A DNA stretch of 52,607 nt from a virus (taxonomy: Duplodnaviria; Caudoviricetes): the IMG/VR virus record IMGVR_UViG_3300036861_000357, positions 1 through 52,607 of that record. One strand, written 5' to 3'. This document shows, one piece after another, positions 9,276 to 18,491 of the stretch; position 1 is the first letter of the stretch; each line of letters opens with the position of its first letter. A program made the position numbers and the translations under genes. The notes below the pieces were generated by a model. That model was given only the letters and a program-made list of their open reading frames with translations, was not told the origin of the DNA and did not search any database.

Positions 9276-9343
9276 CCTCCCAGGTAGACCCCCCGAGCCA
9301 CCCCCGAGCCCCCCTCGTGGGTGAGGAAGAGGAGACAGGTCAA

Positions 9344-10645
9344 ATGGCCCGCATTCCCGGCAGCGACGGCGACGAACCCAAGAGTCTCGACGCGCTCCGC
9401 GGTGCCATCTTCGGCGCCGTGGACGCGATAGCTTCGGGCTCGGACGCGGACGAGATCGCCGATCCTACCGAGGGTCTACCGGGAGGTGAGGAGACCCCTC
9501 CCTCTCGCAAGCAACCCCCAGCCACCGACGACGACACGTCCGAAAGTGGTGATGAGGGTGAGGAGTCCGACGAGCCTTCCAAGGAAGACTCCGAGGGCGA
9601 GCCGGAACCGCAAAAGAAGGAAAAGCACGCACCCGAAGGCAAGGAGCCCCCCTCCACGGCCGAAGGTGAAGCGGAAGGCGCAGACGAGTCCGCCAGGATC
9701 CAAGAGCGCCTGGACGCGATGTCCTACAATCGTAGGACCGCGGTCCAGAAGTTCCTGCCCGGCGGAAAGGCGAGTACGCTCGCCGAACTCTCCGACGCCG
9801 AGGCGCAGTTCGAGAACGACTACTGGCGTCTCCAGCAGCGTCTCTCGGAGCGGGAGAAGGAATCCCCCGTGGCCAAGCCGGCGAAGGAAAAGCCGGCCGA
9901 GGTCCCGCCCGACCTTCAACTCTTCGACTCGAAGATCCAGTCGTTCGAGCAGGAAGCCAAGAACTGCGATGCTCACATCAGCGGATGGTTCCAGGAACTC
10001 CAGACCACCAGGGCCAAGCTCGCAGACCTGACCGGCCGACGCGCCGCTCAGGACCCCACCGTGGATCCGGACGAGATCATCCGCCTCCACGCGCGCGTGG
10101 ATCAGATCACCTCCAACATCGGTGCGTGGAGGGACCGGAAGGCCAACTTCAACCAGGCGATCTCCGATCTCCAAGCCAACCGCTCCCTCACCGAGAAGAT
10201 GCTGGACACGCGCTCCCGGCTCGAACGGCGAGAGACAGAGGACGCGAGTAGGGCAAGCGTCGAGCGCACCCAAGCCTTTGCGCGCGACTGGGCCAAGTCT
10301 TACAACACCGTGGTCAAGGCCCTCAAGATTCCCGAGAACAAGCAGGCGCAATTCCGGAAGCGGGCGGCCGACGCTACCTTCGTTCACCTCGCCGTCAACG
10401 GCGGGATGAAACCGGGGGAGGTCTCCGACTTCCTGATGAGCTTCGGCAAGGAGTTCAAGGGTCTCTACGAGGAAGCCAAGGCCGAAGGTGCCGCCTCCTA
10501 CGCGGACGGCAAGCGCAAAGATGCGCCCAAGGTCCCCCGTGGTGGTGGGAAGACAGCGGCCCAGCAGCAGCGCCACGGCAAGAAGCCCCCTCGCCCCTCG
10601 ATGCGTGAACTCCAGGCTCGGATCATGGGAGCGGACTTCGACTAG
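9344..10645 (+). CDS. capsid scaffolding protein
   Basis: acidic disordered N-terminus, coiled coil, basic C-terminus; directly before the capsid gene; GAGGAG SD. Confidence 0.7.
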   Translation: MARIPGSDGDEPKSLDALRGAIFGAVDAIASGSDADEIADPTEGLPGGEETPPSRKQPPATDDDTSESGDEGEESDEPSKEDSEGEPEPQKKEKHAPEGKEPPSTAEGEAEGADESARIQERLDAMSYNRRTAVQKFLPGGKASTLAELSDAEAQFENDYWRLQQRLSEREKESPVAKPAKEKPAEVPPDLQLFDSKIQSFEQEAKNCDAHISGWFQELQTTRAKLADLTGRRAAQDPTVDPDEIIRLHARVDQITSNIGAWRDRKANFNQAISDLQANRSLTEKMLDTRSRLERRETEDASRASVERTQAFARDWAKSYNTVVKALKIPENKQAQFRKRAADATFVHLAVNGGMKPGEVSDFLMSFGKEFKGLYEEAKAEGAASYADGKRKDAPKVPRGGGKTAAQQQRHGKKPPRPSMRELQARIMGADFD

Positions 10646-10799
10646 CGTCGCCTAGTCCACCGCCTCTCCTGGCTCCCTGCCTCTGGGGGCTTCCTTCATG
10701 TCCAAGATCAAAGGCCGGTCCACGAAGGGGATTCCCTCGTGGGTCCTGTCTCTCCCATCCGAGGACCGCTTCCCCGGTTGGCCGCTGGTTGGTGGTGGC
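10640..10799 (+). ncRNA. putative structured cis-RNA (capsid leader)
   Basis: several nested stems between the scaffold stop and the capsid GTG at 10800. Confidence 0.4.
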
Positions 10800-12128
10800 G
10801 TGGCTTCCACGTTCACCAACCTCTCGGCCGGCCTGAAGCGCATCTACTCGGACGAGACGTTCGAGTACGCGCAGAACGCCGCCTCGCCGCTGGTCGAACT
10901 CTTCGAGGAGGCGGACGAGATCGAGCCGGAGGGCGCCGGATACTTCTGGCCCTTCATGCTGCGCTCGCCCCAGAACATCGGCACCCCGGCCGAGGCCGGA
11001 AACGTCCCGCCGATCAAGCAGCGCACGGAGATTCAGGGCAGCCTGAACGCCGGGCAGTTCGTTGGGGGCTTCGAGATTTCGTTCCTGCTCGAAGCCGTGG
11101 GCACGGCGCGGGGTACCTGGAACAAGGGTGAGGTCAAGAAGCACAGCTTCGACACCCTGCGCGACCTCGTCAAGCACCGCAACCGGATCTACGCCGGCAC
11201 GCACGGGACCGGGCGCATCGCGACCGTGCAGACCACCACCTCGTCCCTCAACACCTTCGTCGCCTCCCTCTCCACGACCGGGGCGGGCTTCGGCGGCGCG
11301 GGCTTCGGCGCGCTCCTCCTCCGCCCCAACATGCTCATCGACGTCTACACCCTGGACGTGGGCGGGGCCTCCGTCATCACCAGCCGCAAGATCACCGACA
11401 TCGCGAAGGCCACCCGCACCGTGACCTTCGATGGTGCTGCGGCTTCGCTCACCGCCGGCCAACACGTCTACATCGCCGGCAGCTACGGTCAGACCACGGT
11501 CCCCAACGGGCTGATGGGGCTCGTGGACGACGGGGAGTTCCTGGACGTTATCCACGGTCAGTCCCGTACCACCAACCCCGAACTCAAGGGCCTCGTCATG
11601 CGGAACGGCGGCACACTGCGCGCCATCGACGAGGATCTCCTGATCGGTGGTGGGCTCGTCCTCCGCACCGACTCCGACTCCGCCATCGACGCGATGGTGA
11701 TGAACGTGGGCCAGTACCTCAAGTACATCAAGTCCGTGCGGCCCACGCGCTACCAGGATCTCGCGGGTGGGCGCGGACCCCTCCGGTACATGGGGGGCAC
11801 CGGGGGCGACGAGACGATCGCCTTCTTCTTCGACGGGCGGCCGATCCGTCGCGTGGTCGCGGAGGACGTCGCTCCTCGCCACGTGTACGGCATCGACCTC
11901 TCGGCGATGCGGTGGGCGCCGATCCGCCGCCTCGGCTGGTACGATCACGGGGGAGGCTCCATGTTCATCCAGGGCGCTGACTCCGGAGGGCTCAAGACCA
12001 CCCGCCAGGCCACGATGTACTCGATCGAGAACATCGGCACCTTGGCCCCGTGGGCGCACATCCGCTACCAGGACTGCTCGGATCCGCTTCTGTGCGGTCC
12101 CATCTACGGGGGATCCGACACCGTCTGA
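10800..12128 (+). CDS. major capsid protein
   Basis: MASTFTNLSAGLKRIY..SPL start, GTHGTGRIA, PNGLMGLVDDG, HGQSRT; strong codon bias; position after scaffold. Confidence 0.85.
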   Translation: MASTFTNLSAGLKRIYSDETFEYAQNAASPLVELFEEADEIEPEGAGYFWPFMLRSPQNIGTPAEAGNVPPIKQRTEIQGSLNAGQFVGGFEISFLLEAVGTARGTWNKGEVKKHSFDTLRDLVKHRNRIYAGTHGTGRIATVQTTTSSLNTFVASLSTTGAGFGGAGFGALLLRPNMLIDVYTLDVGGASVITSRKITDIAKATRTVTFDGAAASLTAGQHVYIAGSYGQTTVPNGLMGLVDDGEFLDVIHGQSRTTNPELKGLVMRNGGTLRAIDEDLLIGGGLVLRTDSDSAIDAMVMNVGQYLKYIKSVRPTRYQDLAGGRGPLRYMGGTGGDETIAFFFDGRPIRRVVAEDVAPRHVYGIDLSAMRWAPIRRLGWYDHGGGSMFIQGADSGGLKTTRQATMYSIENIGTLAPWAHIRYQDCSDPLLCGPIYGGSDTV

Positions 12129-12143
12129 GGTCTCCCGAGACGT

Positions 12144-12183
12144 GCCGCTGGGCGGGGAAACAATAGGTCAACCGCCCAGCGGC
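12144..12183 (+). terminator. hairpin after the capsid gene
   Basis: perfect 12-bp inverted repeat GCCGCTGGGCGG/CCGCCCAGCGGC. Confidence 0.6.
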
Positions 12184-12208
12184 GTTCCAAGGACTGAGGT
12201 TCTTCTTC

Positions 12209-12970
12209 GTGCTCCAGCGCGGCGACACCGATCGGGTCTTCGAGATGCTCCTTGCTGGGGCGAAGTCCGCCATGGCGAACCGCTGGCGCTACGCCGGCTA
12301 CAGGATCGCCACCTTCGCGCCCCCCGGCCTCCCATTCGATCCGGCCGTGGTGGCTCGCTTTCGCTCCGAGATCGATCCCGACGTTGCGTTCCTGTGGATG
12401 CGACACGTCTGGATCTCCCCGGCCGGGACCGAGCACTGCTTTGACTACCACGTCATCGCGTCCGCCTCCGAGAACTGCATCGCGATCGAAGAGGACGAGG
12501 ACCAGACCAAGCGTGCCGTGCCCCCTCACCGCGACTTCCAGCATGGGGTCCTCCAGCCCTACTTCGGCAAGCGAGTTCGCCCGCACTCCTACATCGAGAT
12601 CCTTCACTCGCGGTCGAGGTATCTCCCAAAGAAGATCCTTGGTGTCTTCGATCCACTCTCGATGCGCCACTTCCACAAGTACCGGGAGATCACCTATCTC
12701 CACGACACCGTGAAGAGGAAGGATCTCAACAAGCAGGAGGTGGAGGGCGTCTACGAGCGCATACGCAAGATCGACTCCGCGTGGCAGGCCGAGTCCGACT
12801 ACCGCTGGGACCACGACTGGAATTATCTCGCTGGGTTGGTGAACAAGCTCGATGCCCGGGAGCGCGCGGAGATCCTTGGTGGCGCCCAGCGTCGCGCGAA
12901 CTACATCGGACACGCTCTTCCCCCGGAGGTCGCGGCCATGCTCCGCCGGGCCGGGGTCCCCGCCGCATGA
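12209..12970 (+). CDS. hypothetical protein
   Basis: ORF with typical codon usage; GAGGT SD. Confidence 0.7.
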   Translation: MLQRGDTDRVFEMLLAGAKSAMANRWRYAGYRIATFAPPGLPFDPAVVARFRSEIDPDVAFLWMRHVWISPAGTEHCFDYHVIASASENCIAIEEDEDQTKRAVPPHRDFQHGVLQPYFGKRVRPHSYIEILHSRSRYLPKKILGVFDPLSMRHFHKYREITYLHDTVKRKDLNKQEVEGVYERIRKIDSAWQAESDYRWDHDWNYLAGLVNKLDARERAEILGGAQRRANYIGHALPPEVAAMLRRAGVPAA

Positions 12971-12995
12971 CGAGAAGATAGAAAGGATCGCCACT

Positions 12996-14021
12996 ATGTC
13001 CAGCGCAGCCGCCGGAATCGGTCGGGTTGGGAACTTGCTCCCGGGCCAGAAGCGCACCGAAGTCGTTCCTCGCCCCGTGGACTACCACGAGATCACGACC
13101 CCGATACGGGGTCAGGAAATCTACAACCCCGATCCCGACCAGGAGGTGATCGCGGAGTTCAATGGAGAGCGCTACCGTATCCCGCCCCGTGGGGAGCGCC
13201 TTGTCTTCCGCGACCCGTTCACGCTGGCCGAGACCCAGTACCCCAAGCCCGGGGTGTGCCCGATCCGAGACTACACAGTCATGGTCCACGGCAAGCGCTA
13301 CGTCTACCTGGCGAAGGACATCATCAAGTTCTTCTGCGGCGAAGACGGGCGCTCCGGTACGCTCTCACCGCTCGGAGTGCGGCCTCTCTTCGGCGACAAC
13401 GGGGAGAAGGACGCCGCCGCTCGCGCCGACGCCGAGCAGGCTTGGGCGGGGGGCAAGGACGGGGAGGCCAGGCAGATCGTCACCAACCACGAGGAGGCCG
13501 TTGCCTTCGCCCGCGACACGGGCGGGTCGGTGCCGCGCCCCACCGCCAGGGTCCTCTGGGCCTACGACTGGCTCGACTCCCGAGATGCCGAGGCCCTGCT
13601 CCCCTACTCCTGCGCGGTGTGCAACCAGGGCTTCAAGGACGAGCGCTCCATGCTCGTCCACACCGTCGCTCGTCACAAGAAGCACCCGGCGGCCCAGGAC
13701 GCGGCGCGGGCGCTGAACCTCCAAGGGGAGACCGGGAACGTGGGGGTTACCAATCCCACGCCCGCCCCTCCGGCCCCGACCGAAGCCGACGTCCAGCGCA
13801 TCCTCGAACAGCGTGAGCGCGAGGATCCCGTCGAGGGACTCACTGAGGATGCGCTCACCGGCGCTGCCGCTGCGCCCGCGGTGGCGGCTGGTCCGGACGA
13901 GGACGACGACGACGGTGAGGGGGAGGACGAGGATCGTGAGACGGGTGATCCGGTCGGCAAGGCGTCGGCCCCGGGGCTTCCCCCGCCGCCGGCCACCAGC
14001 CGCTCGAACAGGAAGAGGTGA
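12996..14021 (+). CDS. protein with a classical C2H2 zinc finger and acidic tail
   Basis: AAGGA SD; YSCAVCNQGFKDERSMLVHTVARH. Confidence 0.75.
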   Translation: MSSAAAGIGRVGNLLPGQKRTEVVPRPVDYHEITTPIRGQEIYNPDPDQEVIAEFNGERYRIPPRGERLVFRDPFTLAETQYPKPGVCPIRDYTVMVHGKRYVYLAKDIIKFFCGEDGRSGTLSPLGVRPLFGDNGEKDAAARADAEQAWAGGKDGEARQIVTNHEEAVAFARDTGGSVPRPTARVLWAYDWLDSRDAEALLPYSCAVCNQGFKDERSMLVHTVARHKKHPAAQDAARALNLQGETGNVGVTNPTPAPPAPTEADVQRILEQREREDPVEGLTEDALTGAAAAPAVAAGPDEDDDDGEGEDEDRETGDPVGKASAPGLPPPPATSRSNRKR

Positions 14022-14024
14022 GAT

Positions 14025-14555
14025 ATGGCCGGGAGAAAGAAGGCGGCGGAGGCCGGTGGGACCGACACCGGGGCGGCGGTCTTCGTGGACAACCCTACCA
14101 AGGACAGCTTCGAGTTCGGGGCCGCAGGGGAGATGTACTCGCTATCCCCGGGCGCGAACAAGATGGTGCCGAAGACGTTGGGGCTGACCGCCCAGCGCCT
14201 CGGCGAGGCTGCCCTGGAGCAACTCGGGGGGAAGGGCCTCGTGCTCCGAGCCACCGGCGGGAAGAGGGCGGTCAAGGCGGAGCCGGCGAAGAAGGGCGCC
14301 AAGAAGGGCGCCACCGTCTCGGTCTTCGGTCGCGCCGGTGCCACGCTCTACCCCGCTGACCAGGCGAAGGCGCTGGAAGGCGTCCAGAGCCCTCCAGCGG
14401 AGGAGCGGATGCAGCCGATCCGCCAACCCGAGGCCACCGACCGCGGCCCCTCGTCGGGGTTCAAGGACGAGACGAAGAAGGCGAAGCGTGGAAAGGGGAA
14501 GAAGAAGGAGACCGGGGCCAAGCGGGGCAAGGCCACGGTGAAGAAAGGCAAGTAG
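14025..14555 (+). CDS. Lys-rich hypothetical protein
   Basis: GAGGTG SD; basic C-terminus. Confidence 0.7.
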   Translation: MAGRKKAAEAGGTDTGAAVFVDNPTKDSFEFGAAGEMYSLSPGANKMVPKTLGLTAQRLGEAALEQLGGKGLVLRATGGKRAVKAEPAKKGAKKGATVSVFGRAGATLYPADQAKALEGVQSPPAEERMQPIRQPEATDRGPSSGFKDETKKAKRGKGKKKETGAKRGKATVKKGK

Positions 14556-14582
14556 GGGCTCCTTTCCAGTCCTTGCTTGTCT

Positions 14583-14627
14583 GGGCGCGGCCGGGTCCGT
14601 GGCGAGCCCGCCCGCGCCCTCTTTCTT
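14583..14627 (+). terminator. intrinsic terminator
   Basis: GGGCGCGG..CCGCGCCC stem followed by TCTTTCTT. Confidence 0.6.
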
Positions 14628-14638
14628 GAGGTGATCGC

Positions 14639-15367
14639 TTGGCGACCGAAGACCTCGGCAACGGGAAGGAAATGATCGATGCCCTGATTCAGTTTGGGCT
14701 CGAACTCGACCTCGCCGACGCCTACGTCACTACCGAGTGGATCCCCAGGGCCAAGTTTGCCGTGCAGATCGCCGTCAACGAGTTCTGGAGGGCGGGTGAT
14801 TGGGACATCAAATTCCCCTCCACCACCCTCACCCTCCTCGCCGCCAACTCGGACTGGGCCGAGGCCCCCGCCGACTTCCTCCGAGTGGGCGCGCACGGGG
14901 GACTCTACGTCTTTGGTAAGACCAAGATCGACTACCGGGACCCAGAGAGATTCCTGCGCGAGCGGCGGGTGATCGGGAACTCGTACGCGACCTACCCCCG
15001 CTTCTACACGATCCGCGGGCAGACCGCCAACCGCCTCCCGAAGATCCTCTTCATGCTTCCCATCGACCCAGCCGGAGCCAACCTCGACATCGACCTCTTC
15101 TACGAGGCCCGCCGCCCCCAGGTGCTCTACGCCACTACCGCCGGGGCAAATGGGATCGACGTCATCCCCGTCGAGTACCGTCACGACATCATCTACGTTG
15201 GGGCGCTTGACTACCTCCGTTACGACGGTGGGGACGCGCGCACTATCATGCAGATCTCCCCGGGCTTCAAGCGGGCAGTGCTGGAGGCGGCGGGTCAGAG
15301 GCTCCACCAACTCGATGGTGTCCAGCAAATCGCGGACGAAGGTATCGCCGATGAAGGGATGTGGTGA
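14639..15367 (+). CDS. head-tail adaptor-like protein
   Basis: size, position and motifs W...F, P.DF, P.FY, IPVEYRHDIIYVGA. Confidence 0.65.
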   Translation: MATEDLGNGKEMIDALIQFGLELDLADAYVTTEWIPRAKFAVQIAVNEFWRAGDWDIKFPSTTLTLLAANSDWAEAPADFLRVGAHGGLYVFGKTKIDYRDPERFLRERRVIGNSYATYPRFYTIRGQTANRLPKILFMLPIDPAGANLDIDLFYEARRPQVLYATTAGANGIDVIPVEYRHDIIYVGALDYLRYDGGDARTIMQISPGFKRAVLEAAGQRLHQLDGVQQIADEGIADEGMW

Positions 15368-15368
15368 G

Positions 15369-16112
15369 ATGAAGAAGCTCTGGGCTGGCGTGCTCGCCCT
15401 CCTCCTGTTCCCGGTGCCGCTCCTGCCCCAGCCGGTGGGTCCGCTCAAGACGGTTCGCGTGGTGGTGGAGAACTGGGACCTTGACGCCACCACCTACACC
15501 TATCCCCTGACTTCCCCTGCGATCATGGGGCCGGGCCAGCGGGCGGTGACAAGTGGCGCCTCTACCACCGTGACGAACTGCGCCCTCTGCACCGCGCCCT
15601 TCGCCGGGGTGGCGGTCGGCGACGTCATCATCTTCTTCGTCAACGATACCCAGGTGTACCGCTATGTCACGGCGAAGGCTTCCGACATCTCGATCACGGT
15701 GGATACTGCGATCGACCTCTCCACCAATGGGACGGTAGGCTACTCCTTCGTATACCGGACAGTCACCATCGGGACCGGAGCCACAAACGGCTGGTTCCAG
15801 GTCGGAGGTGGTGGCATCTCCAGCGCCGTCACCTACCAGATCGACCAGTTGAACGCGACAGGTGGGGTGGACGTGCGGATCGAGTGCCGGATGTCCTCCT
15901 CCGCTAGCGGGCTCTCCGCTCCGATCAGCGTCTTCGAGCGCAATGTGACCACGGCTGGGATCGGGACCGCGGCCTCCACCGGGCGCACCACCGTCGAGAT
16001 TTTGCCCCACTTTACCGATTGCAGGGTCGGGATGAAGTTCGGGTCCGCCGACGACGGGACCGACACCGGGGCAGCGGCCGAGGTCATCAACATCTACGTG
16101 AACACGTACTGA
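15369..16112 (+). CDS. signal-peptide-bearing beta-rich (T/G/V) structural-like protein
   Basis: MKKLWAGVLALLLFPVPLLP-Q; 4 Cys. Confidence 0.75.
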   Translation: MKKLWAGVLALLLFPVPLLPQPVGPLKTVRVVVENWDLDATTYTYPLTSPAIMGPGQRAVTSGASTTVTNCALCTAPFAGVAVGDVIIFFVNDTQVYRYVTAKASDISITVDTAIDLSTNGTVGYSFVYRTVTIGTGATNGWFQVGGGGISSAVTYQIDQLNATGGVDVRIECRMSSSASGLSAPISVFERNVTTAGIGTAASTGRTTVEILPHFTDCRVGMKFGSADDGTDTGAAAEVINIYVNTY

Positions 16113-16124
16113 GGGGGGAGAAGC

Positions 16125-17132
16125 GTGAACAAGAAGCTCTCGGCGATCACCGCGGTCTTCCTTGGCCTCGCTGCGCTGGTGGGAGCGGAGCCGGTGGAGT
16201 CCTCCCTCAAGCTCTTCTACATTGGCCAGGTCAAGGGAGCGGGTGGGCGGGTGTACTCGGCTTACAAGATGCCGCTGTTCGACGTGGTGGCGCTGAGAGG
16301 TGGCGGGGCCGTCACGGCCAGTGGTAACAACAATTTCACCGGCACCAACACCTTCCTCGACACGAATTTCTCCATCCTCGATGACGGGGACACGACGAAG
16401 GCGGTGAAGTTCCAGGTCTCCGGCGTCACCACTGGGAACACGGTCACGCCGTTCACCTTCCAAGGCACAGCCGCCGCCCCTGCGATAGGAATCCCGGATG
16501 GGACGGCTCTTGTCCCGGCAATCAACTTCCAATCTGATGCGGATGGGACCGGGGGTGGGCTCTTTCGCTCAGCAGCGAATCAGATCAGCCTCAGTATCAA
16601 CGGGGCGGAGCAGATTCGATGGGGAGCAAGTGCCCTGTATCTGTCAGGAAACTTGGCAGTCAATACCCACGTCACACGGTTAGCATCAGGATCTACTATT
16701 GGCTGGTCAACCACCTCTGCTATATCTGGGCAATTAACTGTCCAAGAGACATCGGTTGGGGCTGCCAAGACGTTAATCGATGCTACTGCTGTGAACTTCG
16801 TTCAAGTTTCAGTAGCTTCCAACTCCAGTGCCTATGTTGACATCACATATGGCGTGGAAGCTCAGAACGGGACCGACTGGCAAGTCACGGGGGGGACGGC
16901 CCATGTAGCTATTGTCAACAAGGCCGGCACGGAGACGTGTTCCGCGATCACCGAAGTCGGGGAAGTGACCCAGGCATCGCTCGGTACTCTTACCGCAACA
17001 ATCACCTGTGACACTTCTCCTACCAATGGCATCAACTTTCAGATGAACGCGGACTCCTCGCTCAATGTGGCCCCTACGATGGTTTACCGGGTGCTGAGGA
17101 TGGTGGGGAGTGGGAATATCACGCCGCAGTAA
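16125..17132 (+). CDS. signal-peptide-bearing tail fibre-like protein
   Basis: MNKKLSAITAVFLGLAALVGA-E; fibre-type motifs DDGDTTKAVKF and PDGTALVPAINF..D..GGLFRSAANQI; 2 Cys. Confidence 0.75.
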   Translation: MNKKLSAITAVFLGLAALVGAEPVESSLKLFYIGQVKGAGGRVYSAYKMPLFDVVALRGGGAVTASGNNNFTGTNTFLDTNFSILDDGDTTKAVKFQVSGVTTGNTVTPFTFQGTAAAPAIGIPDGTALVPAINFQSDADGTGGGLFRSAANQISLSINGAEQIRWGASALYLSGNLAVNTHVTRLASGSTIGWSTTSAISGQLTVQETSVGAAKTLIDATAVNFVQVSVASNSSAYVDITYGVEAQNGTDWQVTGGTAHVAIVNKAGTETCSAITEVGEVTQASLGTLTATITCDTSPTNGINFQMNADSSLNVAPTMVYRVLRMVGSGNITPQ

Positions 17133-17148
17133 GACTTGGAGGAACCAG

Positions 17149-17535
17149 ATGAAGAGGTTGGTGGGCGCGTTTGGTGTCGTCGTGGCTCTGTTCGGTGGTG
17201 CCTACGCTCTTGCCCAGCAGGCCACCCTCAGTACCCCAGTGACCCGCGCCTCCGAGGACAACCTCCGGGTCGAGACCTACTTCGCCACCCGCGACTCCGG
17301 TGGGCGATGGGAGGTCCAGGTCTCCGTCCGAGATAGCAGCGGGAACGAGATCCGGCGTGTGAACCACTCCGGCCCCGACGCCGCGCACTCTGGGGCCACT
17401 GCGCTCGCGTTCGTGACCGCGCAAATGACAATCCGAGCGAGCGAGACGGGAGGCAATGCGCGCAAGATGGACTTCCGGATCCTGGGCTTCCTGCTCGACA
17501 ACGGCTACCTCTCCGGAGTGACGCTGGTCCCGTAA
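17149..17535 (+). CDS. signal-peptide-bearing small protein
   Basis: GGAGG SD; MKRLVGAFGVVVALFGGAYALA-QQ (AxA cleavage site). Confidence 0.75.
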   Translation: MKRLVGAFGVVVALFGGAYALAQQATLSTPVTRASEDNLRVETYFATRDSGGRWEVQVSVRDSSGNEIRRVNHSGPDAAHSGATALAFVTAQMTIRASETGGNARKMDFRILGFLLDNGYLSGVTLVP

Positions 17536-17544
17536 CCATCGCCC

Positions 17545-17976
17545 GTGCTCCCGCTCATGCTAATGACCACTCCGACCCCGGAACCAGCACCGTTCGTGGG
17601 GCCACCCCCACCCAGGACTTCGGCCGCCGCAGTCCCAGGGTTCACCCACGAGGAGTCTCGTCCCGCTGGTCTCCATCCTGCACTCAAGTACGGACCCGCC
17701 GCCGCACACCTCGCCGACGCGCTCAGCACGCTGAAGGTGATCCAGGGGGGTGGGCGAGAACTCGACCCGGTCCTAGAACCATTCGCGGACAATCCGGCCG
17801 CTCTCGTCGGGACCAAGGTCATTGGTGGGCTGGCGATGGGACTCCTCGCCGATCTCCTCGCGAAGAAGGGCCACCGTAATTGGGCGAAGGCCGCCGCTGG
17901 TCTCAACATCGGAGTGCCGCTCGGGGCCGCCGGCCTCAACCTGAGCGGCGCAGTCAAGAAGAGGGAGCAACGGTGA
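17545..17976 (+). CDS. hypothetical, possibly membrane-associated protein
   Basis: G/A/L-rich hydrophobic helices. Confidence 0.55.
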   Translation: MLPLMLMTTPTPEPAPFVGPPPPRTSAAAVPGFTHEESRPAGLHPALKYGPAAAHLADALSTLKVIQGGGRELDPVLEPFADNPAALVGTKVIGGLAMGLLADLLAKKGHRNWAKAAAGLNIGVPLGAAGLNLSGAVKKREQR

Positions 17977-17979
17977 CGC

Positions 17980-18489
17980 ATGGATCTCTCCCCCACAACG
18001 ATCGGTTCGACGGCGTTCGGTGGCGCGGTCATAGCGGTCCTCGCTGCGATAGCCGGCCGCTACTTCGTCCCGAAATGGATCGCTGCGCGGGAGAGGTTCG
18101 AGAAGGAGATCACGGAGCAACTCCAGGGACTAATCCAGGAGCGAGCCCACCTTCTTCGCGAGCAGTCGGCCGAGAACAGGCGGCTCCAGGAGCGCATGGA
18201 TACCGCCGACCAGGCCATTCGCATGGAAATGCTTGGGAAGGATGCCGTCCTGAGGGACCTCTGGCACGCGGAGGCCGACCGATTCAATGTAGCGGTTGGT
18301 AAAGCCATGGCTCGAACTGAAGAGAACGCTCGGAATATCGATGGGATCTACACTCGTCTGAAGACGATCGAGGATCGGGCCGACGAGCGCCACGAGAAAA
18401 TCTCCGACGACCTGCACAAGCTCGACGTCACCATAACGCGGCTTGCCTCTGGAGTGGAGAACCTCATTCGGAAGAGTGGGAATGTCTGA
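17980..18489 (+). CDS. membrane-anchored coiled-coil protein (lysis cassette)
   Basis: N-terminal TM helix then coiled coil; upstream of the lysozyme. Confidence 0.65.
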   Translation: MDLSPTTIGSTAFGGAVIAVLAAIAGRYFVPKWIAARERFEKEITEQLQGLIQERAHLLREQSAENRRLQERMDTADQAIRMEMLGKDAVLRDLWHAEADRFNVAVGKAMARTEENARNIDGIYTRLKTIEDRADERHEKISDDLHKLDVTITRLASGVENLIRKSGNV

Positions 18490-18491
18490 TC

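Noticed and set aside
10713-10800. HDV-like/theta or hammerhead ribozyme (sequence starts GGCCGG)
   Set aside because: I could not place the P3/L3 and J4/2 elements or a CUGANGA/GAAA core
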